Shown here one piece after another: positions 20,011-30,899 of a stretch of 64,000 bases of DNA. The notes beneath the pieces were generated by a model. The model did no database searches. It was given only the letters and a program-made list of their open reading frames with translations, and was not told where the DNA came from. Location: NCBI GenBank assembly GCA_946965045.2, contig OX337230.1, forward strand, positions 1,302,001-1,366,000, given 5' to 3'. How positions within the stretch are numbered: position 1 is the stretch's first letter; every line of letters starts with the position of its first letter. The translations under genes and the position numbers were made by a program. The stretch is from Epithemia pelagica (taxonomy: Eukaryota > Protista > Bacillariophyta).

Positions 20011-22380
20011 TCACTTCTTGGCTTCTCCATTTGATCCGCTCTTGTTTCCTCCTCCCGAGCCCTTTTTGTTGACTGAAGAGACTACCTGATTAACAGATCG
20101 GGCAACCTTTTCCAGTTTCTCATCGAAGGAGACTCGAAGTTCGTCAAACTTGGAACGCGGAGTGGAAAAGCGGATGAGGTGCTCATGTAAAATTAGAGCA
20201 ATCTTTGGGTGTCCGCTGAAATCATGGGACCTGTATTCTCGCATTGTCTCGTGGGCTTTGAGAGTGCCCCAGAGCATTCCTCCTGGTGAGTTGGAGGCTC
20301 TTCCTGGGGCACGAGCGTCTCGCAAGCTTTTAAACACTGCGCGGACGCAGTGTGAAATGAGGATCCAGACCTCATGTTCCGACGCGTCGCTTTCCTCCTT
20401 GATTTCCCTGTGATAACGGACCATCCAGTGGCAAAGCTCGTCCCAGAACGTCTTGCTAAGGAGCAAGAGTTCTCGAGCCACACTAGATGGTTCCGATCCG
20501 AATGCGAAAAGGTCTCCGATGGCCTGCTCCAAAGTCTTGCGTCCATCCTTGACGTAATCAAGCACTCTCTGATGGATGCCTTCGCGGCCCGATGGTGGAT
20601 GAAAGTCGACGAATTTCGGAACTCCTGCGAGAGCGCGTGAATTGATTGTCATGGACGAGTCACTGCTTTTGCCCAACAGAGGGGGCACCTCCAAATTGAA
20701 GGAGGCTATGTACGCGGTATGGTACGGTGTCTTGTCCTTTACCCTGGCTGTGGTTGCCCTCTGATTTGCGGCCTGCCCCTCGTCCAGACTCGCATCGGAA
20801 GTAGCAAGGGAGAGAAGCGAAATTGCATCCACGAACACGTGTGGATCTCCGACCGCCGTGTGTAACGCAAGCCAGGTGTCGCAAGCCTTGCGTGACGAGA
20901 AGACGATTGATCCAACCACAATGGCGTCGGATTCGGATTGTTCTTGTAAATCCTTGACATCTGCCTTTAGCTTCGCAATTTCTTCCTTCAAAGCGGTCAC
21001 TACCGAACCTCCGGTTGCGGGAGTTTCGGAAGCAGTTGTTGAGGGGGCAAGAGACGAAGAAGAGGTTGTTCCCCATGCAAACATCGACGGTGTGGTTGCT
21101 TGTGTGCCTGTTGCACCTGAACTTCCTCCCGCCTCGAGCAAACCAATGCGACGTTTTAAGTCTCGCAGTTCTCCATCCCATTTTCCACCCGGGTCCGCAG
21201 ATGTCAACGAAGAGCGAGTGAGGAGTCGCATAGTGGGTTCCACAAAACGACTACAAAAATCACCTGTTGTCATGAAACGTTCGATTTGTTCCATCACAAT
21301 TTTTTCCACGTTGGTCTTGAAATTTGCAAGATGACCCTCCAGAGTTGAAATCCGTGCTAATACGTCAGATGACAAAGACCCAGGCGGGGACTTCTTGGTA
21401 TCCTCCAACATAGAAGCCAGAGTGTGCGTTGACGAAGTCAATTGGTCAATGAGACCGAAAGCGGACAGGGTTCCAAACGAGGTTGGACGCTCGCCCAAGA
21501 GCTCGTGCAAAACTGAAAGCTTCATATGAACGGAGTCGAGCTGTTCATCATGTTTGCCTCGAAAACTTCGACGAATCAACTTTTCTTCTTCCACAGCGGT
21601 CTTGAGTGCTGCCACATTTGACAGTAAATCGCGCCAAGCTCCCTGAGAAAGCGTTCGGAACGCGGGAGTGGGTTGATTGCCCAAATCCTCTGGTACGTCA
21701 ATAAAAGACACGGAGGCTGCTGCCTTTTCCATCTTGACCGTCGCAAAGGTATCACCCAGGTTGGACCCGTCCGACGATCCTGAGGCAACATCTTGGCCTT
21801 GAATGGAATCATCACTGCGTGGTTGTAGACGAACTTTCTTTCGTGCTGGCGTATAGACGAAGTTGATGCCAGACTTCGTATCTTGTAGAACATGAGCGAC
21901 CACACTGCCATCCACAGCGTCGTTTCCCGCTGCCATGGCCGATTCCTTCAAAGAAGAGAAGGTGGCTTGCCAACTTTCCAGACTCCGCGGACTTGTTTCC
22001 AGTTCAGACCATTCCGCTTCTCGGATAAGCGAACTCGGAAGTGTAGGAGTTGCAAATATTGTAGGGTTCTCATCTCCTTCGGAACCACCAGAACCTCGAA
22101 TGAAAACACATTGGGTCTCATCGCCTGCAAGGCTGGCCCAATCAACTTTCTTGGATGTGTGGGAAGCAATGGAACAGTCGCTGCGCAAGCATACGCGTTG
22201 TCCCGACCCGATAACTCCCCGACAAAGACCCAAGAACACGGATTCTTCCATCCGCAGGATACCGTAGAGAGGGCCCGAACGAAGGCCCCCCCCCCCCCCC
22301 CCGGTCGCAATAACAGAAACGGACTCACCTGACGACCCCACAGAGGGCGAGGATTCCGACGTCCCAGCCCAATCAAACAT
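20011..22380 (-). CDS. Gag-like ORF1 of the YR retrotransposon
   Basis: Long ORF in the first position after repeat A1. C-x9-C-x4-C-x4-H cluster (CRGVIGSGQRVCLRSDCSIASH) and coiled-coil-like segments. Likely ATG at 22380 (MFDWAG). Ends in TGA 20013-20011. Confidence 0.8.
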   Translation of the reverse strand: MFDWAGTSESSPSVGSSGESVSVIATGGGGGGLRSGPLYGILRMEESVFLGLCRGVIGSGQRVCLRSDCSIASHTSKKVDWASLAGDETQCVFIRGSGGSEGDENPTIFATPTLPSSLIREAEWSELETSPRSLESWQATFSSLKESAMAAGNDAVDGSVVAHVLQDTKSGINFVYTPARKKVRLQPRSDDSIQGQDVASGSSDGSNLGDTFATVKMEKAAASVSFIDVPEDLGNQPTPAFRTLSQGAWRDLLSNVAALKTAVEEEKLIRRSFRGKHDEQLDSVHMKLSVLHELLGERPTSFGTLSAFGLIDQLTSSTHTLASMLEDTKKSPPGSLSSDVLARISTLEGHLANFKTNVEKIVMEQIERFMTTGDFCSRFVEPTMRLLTRSSLTSADPGGKWDGELRDLKRRIGLLEAGGSSGATGTQATTPSMFAWGTTSSSSLAPSTTASETPATGGSVVTALKEEIAKLKADVKDLQEQSESDAIVVGSIVFSSRKACDTWLALHTAVGDPHVFVDAISLLSLATSDASLDEGQAANQRATTARVKDKTPYHTAYIASFNLEVPPLLGKSSDSSMTINSRALAGVPKFVDFHPPSGREGIHQRVLDYVKDGRKTLEQAIGDLFAFGSEPSSVARELLLLSKTFWDELCHWMVRYHREIKEESDASEHEVWILISHCVRAVFKSLRDARAPGRASNSPGGMLWGTLKAHETMREYRSHDFSGHPKIALILHEHLIRFSTPRSKFDELRVSFDEKLEKVARSVNQVVSSVNKKGSGGGNKSGSNGEAKK

Positions 22381-22464
22381 CACGAACGGCGCAAACCCGA
22401 AGGGAGCGACACAAACACAACGAGAGAGTGGTTGGCAATGGCAGTCAGGGAGTAAAAAAGAAAA

Positions 22465-22719
22465 CGAAAAGAGAACTGCCAACAGGATCAATGGGTGATC
22501 AGATCCTTGACACTGCCGCTGTTAGCTCTTTCCATTAACTTATGATCATACTTCCTCATTCACATGTTGGTTGGGATGCCATACTCTGTGCTGACGTGTA
22601 CTTTACACGACAGTCCCAACCAACCAATGACTCATTCCTTGAACTCGTATCTGTGATGACGTCAACTTCTCTTCTGCGTTCGTCCGTCGGTCCCTTCTTG
22701 ACCTGATGGGTACGGTGCG
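22465..22719 (-). repeat. Repeat A1 (5' terminal copy, probable promoter)
   Basis: Identical by eye to 14084-14338 and lies directly upstream of gag. Confidence 0.95.
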
Positions 22720-23002
22720 CGACCATGTATTTTTTTCCTCTGCGAGCACGTGCGAACGCAGTCGTGCAACACGCAACACAGGCAGTTCCGAATTCCCAAT
22801 CAGGGGTCGCGCGTAAACCACTGATGTCTGTTGTCAGTTGACGAAAAAAAGATGTCTGTTTTCGTGGGATTCTAAGTCAGCAACTCTGACTACAACCTAG
22901 AGAGAGGAAAACCTAAAATGTACTATGACTTGTTCGTGATTTGTGTTGTCATAGTTCGGGAACGACGAGAATCTCACTCTACACTCTACTAGCTAGTAGC
23001 CA

Positions 23003-23044
23003 GCTTCTCTACTAGCTAGGTAGCTAGATAGCTAGTAGAGAAGC
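23003..23044. repeat. Perfect 16-bp inverted repeat within a TAGCTAG-rich block
   Basis: GCTTCTCTACTAGCTA (23003-23018), 10-nt loop, TAGCTAGTAGAGAAGC (23029-23044). Confidence 0.85.
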
Positions 23045-23168
23045 CATCTACTCGTAATACTCCTAACTCCTTAGCTGGAGAGGAGATAGCTAGTAGAAAA
23101 TAAAATTAACAATATTAGTAGAACTTAGAACCAAGAACATACAGATTTTCAATTGTGTAGGAGTAGAC

Positions 23169-26100
23169 TGCGGTACCCCACTATGGATCCCGCCATACGT
23201 GTCGCCACGTTCCATTCCCGGTTCGCGTTCTTGACACTACGACATGAATCTTCCGCCATCTGGCTGTTCCTCCTCCAGTCATTTCTCGTCGCACGTGGCA
23301 CTGTGGATTCCTCATTCCCCCTAATTCCTCGTAATTCCTAAAGATCACAATTTTTATCCGTGCTATTTTACATGGGTATGGCACTCTGATCAGAAGCTCA
23401 AAAACTTCCCCCAGCACTCTTTCACCATAACCACTTGCCGTTCTTTGGCCGATCCTCGTTGATCTCATCATCCTTTGATTCCTTTCCTTTCCTTCCCTTT
23501 GCAGTCTCATCATGAGCACAGGATCTTCCCTCATCTCCCTTGCGGATGTTCAACGCTTCCAAAAGCGCTTCGATCAAGCCTCAGCTTCAGCTTCTTCCTC
23601 TGCTCTTTCCACCCTCAAGTTGAAAGACGACGACAATGACAAGTTCTACGTCCGTCTCTTGCCATTCCGAGATGGCGTGGATGAAGAACCCTCGAATCTC
23701 TTCTTGTGGGTCCTCCATTTTGTTGACAAGGTCAAGATCTCCGGTCATCCAGAGCCCTTTGCTGCCTGTTGCACCTACTTTCCCCGTATTACCACAAGTC
23801 TCGTAGCGGACAAGTTTCATAATGCATTCCAGGCCTTGCCTGATGGCGCTGACCTCGATGAGGCGTGTTTCAAACGGTTGATTGCTACGATCTTCGAACC
23901 CAAGTTGACGGTTTCCGAAGTCAATGCCTTTCGGGCACACCTTCTTAGCGGTCCTCGCAAGCCACCTGATATGACCGTGGATATCCATTATCACACCCTC
24001 CAGAAGATTTCTAACGGTCTCCGTTACTTGTCCAACAACAACGCTGTCCAAGCCCTCACTGACAATGAGTTGAAACAAGCCTATCTCGGCTCCCCTGTTG
24101 CTTGGTGCACGAGTTCAAGACGGCCAATCCTTTGGTTGCCAATTTGGTGAACCATTTCAATGTCACCGACCTCCTTCATGCGATGCGTGGCTATCAAAAG
24201 GTCTCTCAAGAAAAGATGGCTGCCAATGCACAGTCCCAGACCAAGTCCCGCAATCCTCGCGATGATTCCACTTCTTGTGGTTCTACTAAGCGTTTTCGCT
24301 CCTCTAATGGTGGTCGTGGCGGTCTCCGCGGCGGCAATCGCCAGTCCAATGGTGGACGCCAAGCGTCCGGTGATCGTCCCGTCAATGACGGCGATGCCTG
24401 TCCTTATAAGGACGCGATTCCTTCGCACGCCAATCATACTTGGGCCAACTGCATCTACAACCCGCAGTCCTCCAACTTTAACCAAGAGCGTTTTAACGCC
24501 TTTCTTGCCCGTACCGGGTCTGGTCTTCGTACCCCTACTGGGTCTCATCCCAACAATGGTTCTCAGAACCAAGGCCGTAACGGCCAAGGCTCTCGTAGCC
24601 AGGGAACTCCCTCATCTGGAGGATCTCGCCCTACTGGTTCCAGTTGGGGCGCTGTTCCCCGTCGTTCTGGATCTGGCTCAGACCAGCATGCCTCTGAAGG
24701 CACCAACACAGGCGACAATCCACCGGTTGATCCGTCGTTGGCCGAGCCGTTGCCTTCTGTACAAGACGCGGCTTATCGTGCTCGTCAACGTCCTCTCGAT
24801 GATACTCGTGATTGGTCGAGTCTCCGCAATGCCGATCGAACGGTCCCCGGTATGTGCTCTTCTTCCTTTTTTACCTCATCCTCTCCGGATATTTCTCATC
24901 ATCTTGATGTTCTTTTTGCTCAGCAATGTCACATCCAGACTGGCCCTCCACAGGCTATGCCGGCCGAGAATGCCATCCTCAGGCCCCAATTCTCGAGGTC
25001 CGCGAACAATTGTTCAAGATCTACGGGCGTAACATGGATATCGCCCACATCTACGACTTGTCCTCCCCTGGAGGCAACAACAAATACCGTCGCTTCCCCA
25101 TGTCTTAAAAACTGTCCCAATCCTACGGATGCTGTCATCGCTGACATCGTTGATCCCAATAATGGTTTTTTATCTAACCTAGATCACTATGAAGATGTCT
25201 ACTCATCTAGTTCTGTCTCTGACGCTCCTAGTTTATCCAGTCCCCTTTCGGTCGCTCCCTCTGAGCCTCCGTCTGTTCCCCTCACCATTTTGATGGCTCG
25301 GTCCATTGGTGGAGTCGAGAACACCGTCCCGTTGCGTGCCCTGCTCGATTCAGGCGCCGACAAGACGATCCTGCACGCGCGCTGTCTTCAGCCCGGCACG
25401 CATCCACGTGTAACCAATCGGTCTGTCAATACCACCATGGGTACGCGCGACCACGTCTCCGAGATTCTTCTCGAAGATCCGAGTTTTCTCGGACCAAACA
25501 CATTTCATACCCCCTTTGGGCCGACATCTTTGATGCCCCCACTTGTCGTTATGACATCATTATTGGTCGCGATCTCTTGCGTCGCTTGGGCATTGTGCTC
25601 AATTTTCACACTGGTCTCACAACTTGGGACTCAGTTGATGTCGCTATGCGCCATCGCGATTCATTCGCCACTGACCAGACATTCATGTCTCATTTCATCG
25701 ACATCTTTGCCGACGATCCCATTATTGGTGATCAATTCCTCTTAGATTCCAATTACGTTCCTACGGATCTACAAGAGTTGATTAATCAACAAGAACATCT
25801 CACCGATGCCCAAAAGCAAGATCTTCTTGCCATTTGGCAAGACTGTGGTAAAATCTTCGATGGCGAGCTCCGTGAGTATCCGGATCGCACGCTCCATCTC
25901 CATCTCAAGCCTGATGCCCAGCCTGTCCATCATCGCCATTTCTCGGTCCCTCGAAACATACACGATACCTTTACAAAGGAGCTGTGGCGCTTTGTCGACA
26001 TCGGCATCCTTGAGCGCATCGGTTCCACCGAATGGGCTGCTCCACACTTTGCCATTCCTAAAAAGGATGGCCGCATCCAAATGATTTCGGACTTTCGTTC

Positions 26101-28881
26101 TTTGAACGCCCAACTCTACCGTCGGGTCTACCCCTTTCCTCGTATCGAGGACATGCTCCGTAAACGGAAAGGCTACAAATATTTTACTAAGTTGGACGTC
26201 TCCATGTGTTTTTACACATTCCGCCTCGATGAGGAATCCAGCAATTTTTGCGTCATTACTACGCCTTTTGGCAAATTCCGTTACCGTCGCTTGCCGATGG
26301 GTGTTAAACAGTCCCCTGACTTCTGTCAGGAGATTATGGAAGACGTCCTCAAGGACTTCAGCGACCATGTCGAGGTCTATATCGACGACATTGGCATCTT
26401 CTCCAATTCTTGGGAAGAACATGTGGACATTCTGTCCAAAGTTCTCCAACGTCTTCAAGACAAGAACTTCTCCATTAACCCTTCCAAATGTGAATGGGCC
26501 GTTAAAGAAACGGAATGGCTCGGCCATTGGCTCACGCCCACTGGGATCAAACCCTGGAAAAAGAAGATTTCTGCCATTTTGGCATTGGCTCCGCCAAAAA
26601 CCATGAAAGAACTTCGTTCCTTCATTGGCATGATTAATTTCTATCGCCACATGTATCCGCAACGATCTCATATTCTTGCTCCCCTCACATCCATTACGGG
26701 TAACAAGACCCTCGTTTGGTCCCCGCAATGTCAACGTGCTTTCGAACAAGCCAAGTCCATGCTCGCACATGATGCCTTTCTTCGGTATCCCGACCATAAC
26801 CTTCCCTTCCATGTCTACGTGGACGCCTCTGATTACCAGCTTGGCGCTGTAATCATGCAACAAGACGTTTCCGTCGCTTATTACTCTCGCAAGTTAAACC
26901 CTGCTCAACGCAACTACACTACTATGGAAAAGGAGTTACTCTCCATTGTGGAAACCCTTAAGGAGTTCCGCTCCATGCTTCTCGGCTGTGCCGAACTGCA
27001 CGTCCATACGGACCATAAAAATCTTACCTACGCTACTCTCAACTCGCAACGGGTCCTCCGTTGGCGGTTGTTCCTCGAGGAGTATAACCCTATCTTTCAC
27101 TACGTCCCTGGCCAGGACAATGTCATCGCCGACGCCTTGTCGCGTCTCCCTCTCTCTGAAGAGGAGGAGAAGAGTGTCTCTCCGTCGTCGACCTCCTCTA
27201 CGGATGCCTCGCCGCATCCACGATCGCTCTATGATCATAGCGGACAACACTCAGTGTTGCAAGTGCCTCATGGCCCTAATGATGAACCCCGCTCTCATCA
27301 CTCGCGTGATCCCAACGCTTTCGAATCTCCCATCTTCATGGATGAGGATTTGATCGATGTCTACCTCAATCATCCTCCCATCAACGCAAATCAACCATTG
27401 CCCGTCGATTACGCGACGATCCATCAACACCAACAGAACGATGCCGCTCTTGTGGCCAAGTTGACCGAACAACCACAGAGATTCCATCTTCAACCCTTCC
27501 CTACGGAAAACTCACAATACAACTTGATTTGTTATCGTCAGAATCCTAATGCCGCATGGCGTATTCGTATCCCAGACAGCCTCTTGGCCCATACCGTCAA
27601 TTGGTATCACCTGTCCCTCAATCACTTGTGGTCTACACGTCTTCGTGAGACGATCTCTATGCACATGAGTCATCCTAATTTGGGCGTGTATTGTGAACAA
27701 GCCGTGGCTAGTTGTGCTACATGCCAACGCTCTAAAGTCATACATCGCCATTACGGTGAACTCCCTCCTCGCGAGGTCCGAGGCAATCCATGGGCTGACA
27801 TCTCTGTCGACCTCATTGGACCGTGGAACGTTACCGTTCATGGGCAGAAATTAACATTTCAAGCCTTGACTATTATTGATAATGTCACTAACTTCTGCGA
27901 ACTCATTCACATCCATGACAAGACGGCACGTCACGTGGGTCTTTAATTGGAAAACGCGTGGCTCTCACGCTATCCATGTCCCGTTCGTTGCCTTTTTGAT
28001 CAAGGCGGTGAATTTATCGGACATGCGTTCACGCAAGTGCTTCGAAACCATGGCATTAAGCCAGTGCCGTTGACGGCCAAGAATCCTCAATCAAATGCTC
28101 TTTGCGAGCGATTTCATTTGACTGTTGGCAACACTCTTCGTGTGATCACCAACTATGAACCACCACAAGATGCGCACAATGCTGCACTTGCCGTGGATAC
28201 TGCTCTGCAGACCGCTGCGTATTCCACTCGCACTGCCATTCACATTCACGGCGCCTTGAAATATTCTCCCGGCAGCCTTGCGTTCCATCGCGACATGCTG
28301 TTCGACATACCTATTATTGCGGACATGGAAACAGTCCGTCTGAAACGACAACAGATTGTCGATGAACGCGCTCGTCTCGCAAATTGTTCTCGTGTCTTTC
28401 ATGACTACGCTGTCAATGATCGTGTGCTCCTTCGCGCCACGAATCCGGACAAGCTTGAGCTCCGCACAAGCCCCAATCCCTTTCGGATCACACAAGTCCA
28501 TTCCAATGGCACTGTGACTATCCAACGTGGTCCCCACGTCACTGAACGAATCAACATTCGTCGCCTTGTTCCATTTCGTGAATAAATGGGTTTTAATGCT
28601 GGTCTCCAAGCTTTCCCATTCTTGTCCCGCTCGAACTCCCTAGGTCCGACCAGGGAGAGGTAGAGTGCGGTACCCCTATATGGATCCCGCCATACGTGTC
28701 GCCACGTTCCATTCCCGGTTCGCGTTCTTGACACTGCGACATGAATCTTCCGCCATCTGGCTGCTCCTCCTCCAGTCATTTCTCGTCGCACGTGGCACTG
28801 TGGATTCCTCATTCCCCCTAATTCCTCGTAATTCCTAAAGATCACAATTTTTATACCGTGCTATTTTACATGAGTATGGCA
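23169..28881 (+). mobile_element. Full-length but decayed Ty3/Gypsy LTR retrotransposon
   Basis: TG...CA LTRs at 23169-23383 and 28666-28881 (5 substitutions and 1 indel). TAGAC TSD on both sides. Polypurine tract AGGGAGAGGTAGAG before the 3' LTR. Domain order PR-RT-RH-IN. Confidence 0.95.
23512..28585 (+). pseudogene. Gypsy gag-pol, disrupted by frameshifts (~24110, ~25480) and a TAA at 27944-27946
   Basis: Zinc-knuckle-like CPY...HANHTWANC, protease ALLDSGADKT, RT YIDD, RNase H DASDYQLGAV, integrase zinc finger CATC plus SVDLIGPW, DQGGEF and NALCERFH. Confidence 0.92.
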
Positions 28882-29891
28882 TAGACAACAACGGACGCCG
28901 CAAGCCGCAAGGTCTCTTACGAGTAGAGACCACGGGCCAGGGGCCACGTCACGCAGTGACGTACACCCACAGCATTCCTCATTCCTCATATTCTCTTCAT
29001 TGGCATCGGAACTTTATGTATAGACTTAAATTGTACTGATATAGTTCATTTAGTAAGCGAATTAGGCATCAAATTCCGGGGAAGACACCGAACACCGAAC
29101 GCTCCGAACTCTTATATTATCTTATATCGCTCTTGAAATTTTTTGCGGGCCAATCACCGCGCCGAAAAGCAGATTGAGTTTTGAGTTACAGCTTTTTCAT
29201 GTCTTTGATAATAAATAATAACATATCCCGTTCGGATCTCTCGGAAACGAAACGAAACATCAAACAACGACGCGACGTGGCACGGACACAAGCATTGGTT
29301 TCCCCATCTGGGTTAATTGATGGCTTGTCGTCGGTGCTCTTCCTCTTACTGGTCGAAAGGAGCTAAGTAAATCGATTCGGCATCGAACATCTCATGTGCT
29401 TCATACAAAAGAACAAAGCGCCAACCACAAGACCACGACCCCCGCGTGTTTGTTGCCGGTGCTTGAGTGCTGAGTGCTGATTGCTGATGCCCCAAGCCCC
29501 AAAGTGCACCAGAAGTACTTTTTTAGCTCATACCTGCAACCTGCAGCAGAGAACCTTGTCATTGCAACCCGGTGGAGCGAAAAAACCACTTGATTGGTCA
29601 AACTTGCAGTGGCTTGATCATAACTCAGATATTATAGCTCATTCTTTGTGTTCCTTGGTGCACAGCATCAGCATCAAGCGACTTGGAACCTGGTGTAAAC
29701 CACCTTGTGTGTATTCCGAGACTCGGAGGGAAGCAACCCTGTTTGCTCGACGCGCTCCTGATTGGGCAAACTTTTAAACTTGGCTGACAGCAGGGCAAGA
29801 GCAACCTTGGAACCCTTCATAATTTTGGTTTTGTCCTTGTGAACGCCAAAACATTCTTCTTTTGGACGAGAAAAGAGACAACAAGATCAAG

Positions 29892-30674
29892 ATGGAGTTT
29901 GTGTCGACACCGTCCAGTCGCAAGCAAAAACTGGGAAAAGAGGGTGGCGGCAATAACAATGAGCTGTATTATGGCATGCTTCGTCAAGTGTCCGAAATGA
30001 CAATGGACGAGTCCAGAGTATACAGTACACCTGGCTTTCAAAATACACCAAGGGCTTCCACTGCTGGACCGGGTCTTGGAAGCATTTTTGAAACTCCCGA
30101 TCACATTCTGAGCACACGCCTATACACTACTCCAAAGCCCCTTGGAAGAAGTCTCGTTGTCCCCTCGATGGAAACTGATCCCGCTCACGAGTCTAAGCGA
30201 AAGCCGTCTCCAATGCTTGTCGGAGGAAAGAAAGTTCGTAGTTCCAACTCTGTTCCTCATGCTTTGCCCTCTACCGATTCCAGGGTATTCAATGCTCCAC
30301 CTTTGCCAAGTAGTCCAGAGTTGTCAGTCGGAGTACGGAATCGTCAAGCCCTTCCACCACAGTTCTCTCCAATTGCCTCAATCCAAATGCTAGTTCCCCC
30401 CAATAACGGTACCATTCCACCTCCTCCAACAAGGACAACATCTCCCGAAGATTCGCCAGGCATGGTTACTCACACAGCCTCCTTGGTCCATCGGGCCACC
30501 AATCCAAGTGCTGAAGCAGAGGCGGCTCCACCTGCTCCTCCCTCCATGCCCTGGATGGATACACCGGAACAAGTGGGGGGAAAACGCATTGTTTCGATGA
30601 ATCAACTCAAGATGCGCAAGAGGAATAATCCCATTGAGGAGCTTGGTTCACCCTGGCCTCGGATAAATTCCTAG
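29892..30674 (+). CDS. Hypothetical Pro/Ser/Thr-rich protein
   Basis: ~260-codon ATG ORF of low-complexity, disordered composition. No recognised domain. Confidence 0.55.
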   Translation: MEFVSTPSSRKQKLGKEGGGNNNELYYGMLRQVSEMTMDESRVYSTPGFQNTPRASTAGPGLGSIFETPDHILSTRLYTTPKPLGRSLVVPSMETDPAHESKRKPSPMLVGGKKVRSSNSVPHALPSTDSRVFNAPPLPSSPELSVGVRNRQALPPQFSPIASIQMLVPPNNGTIPPPPTRTTSPEDSPGMVTHTASLVHRATNPSAEAEAAPPAPPSMPWMDTPEQVGGKRIVSMNQLKMRKRNNPIEELGSPWPRINS

Positions 30675-30899
30675 CTCTCCTCGAAGAATCCTTTTCTTCC
30701 AAGTTTTGAATGTTCACATTTTCACAAAGCAACTGCAACAAGTAGCACATTTCTTTCCTCCACCAGGCCATTACAAGGTCACCATGTTGTTCACTTTCAT
30801 GTTGCTTCTCCTATATCAGAAATGCCAATTGAACAAAGGCACTGTTCCCGAAGGTGTTCAAGTCTATTTTAGTAAATAAAAAGTCCATTTTACAAGCTT

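Larger units (their letters stand above)
13668..22719 (-). mobile_element. Complete Ngaro-type tyrosine-recombinase retrotransposon (A1-gag-pol-YR-B1-A2-B2)
   Basis: Split direct repeats A (255 bp, two copies) and B (401 bp, two copies) in the Ngaro arrangement. RT, RNase H and tyrosine recombinase ORFs are long and uninterrupted. No integrase and no conventional TSD. Confidence 0.93.
23154..29068 (+). mobile_element. Possible older solo LTR (23154-23168 + 28882-29068) split by the Gypsy insertion
   Basis: Rejoined flanks read TGTGTAGG...TAGGCA with near-TSD TCAAT/TCAAA. They share ATTCCTCATTCC motifs with the Gypsy LTR. Boundaries uncertain. Confidence 0.3.

Noticed and set aside
22284-22302. 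Long C run (G run on the gag sense strand)
   Set aside because: It encodes a poly-Gly linker in frame. Homopolymer length is unreliable, so no separate function is claimed.
25769-26863. 364-aa ORF antisense to Gypsy RT
   Set aside because: Antisense shadow of a coding region; no independent motifs.
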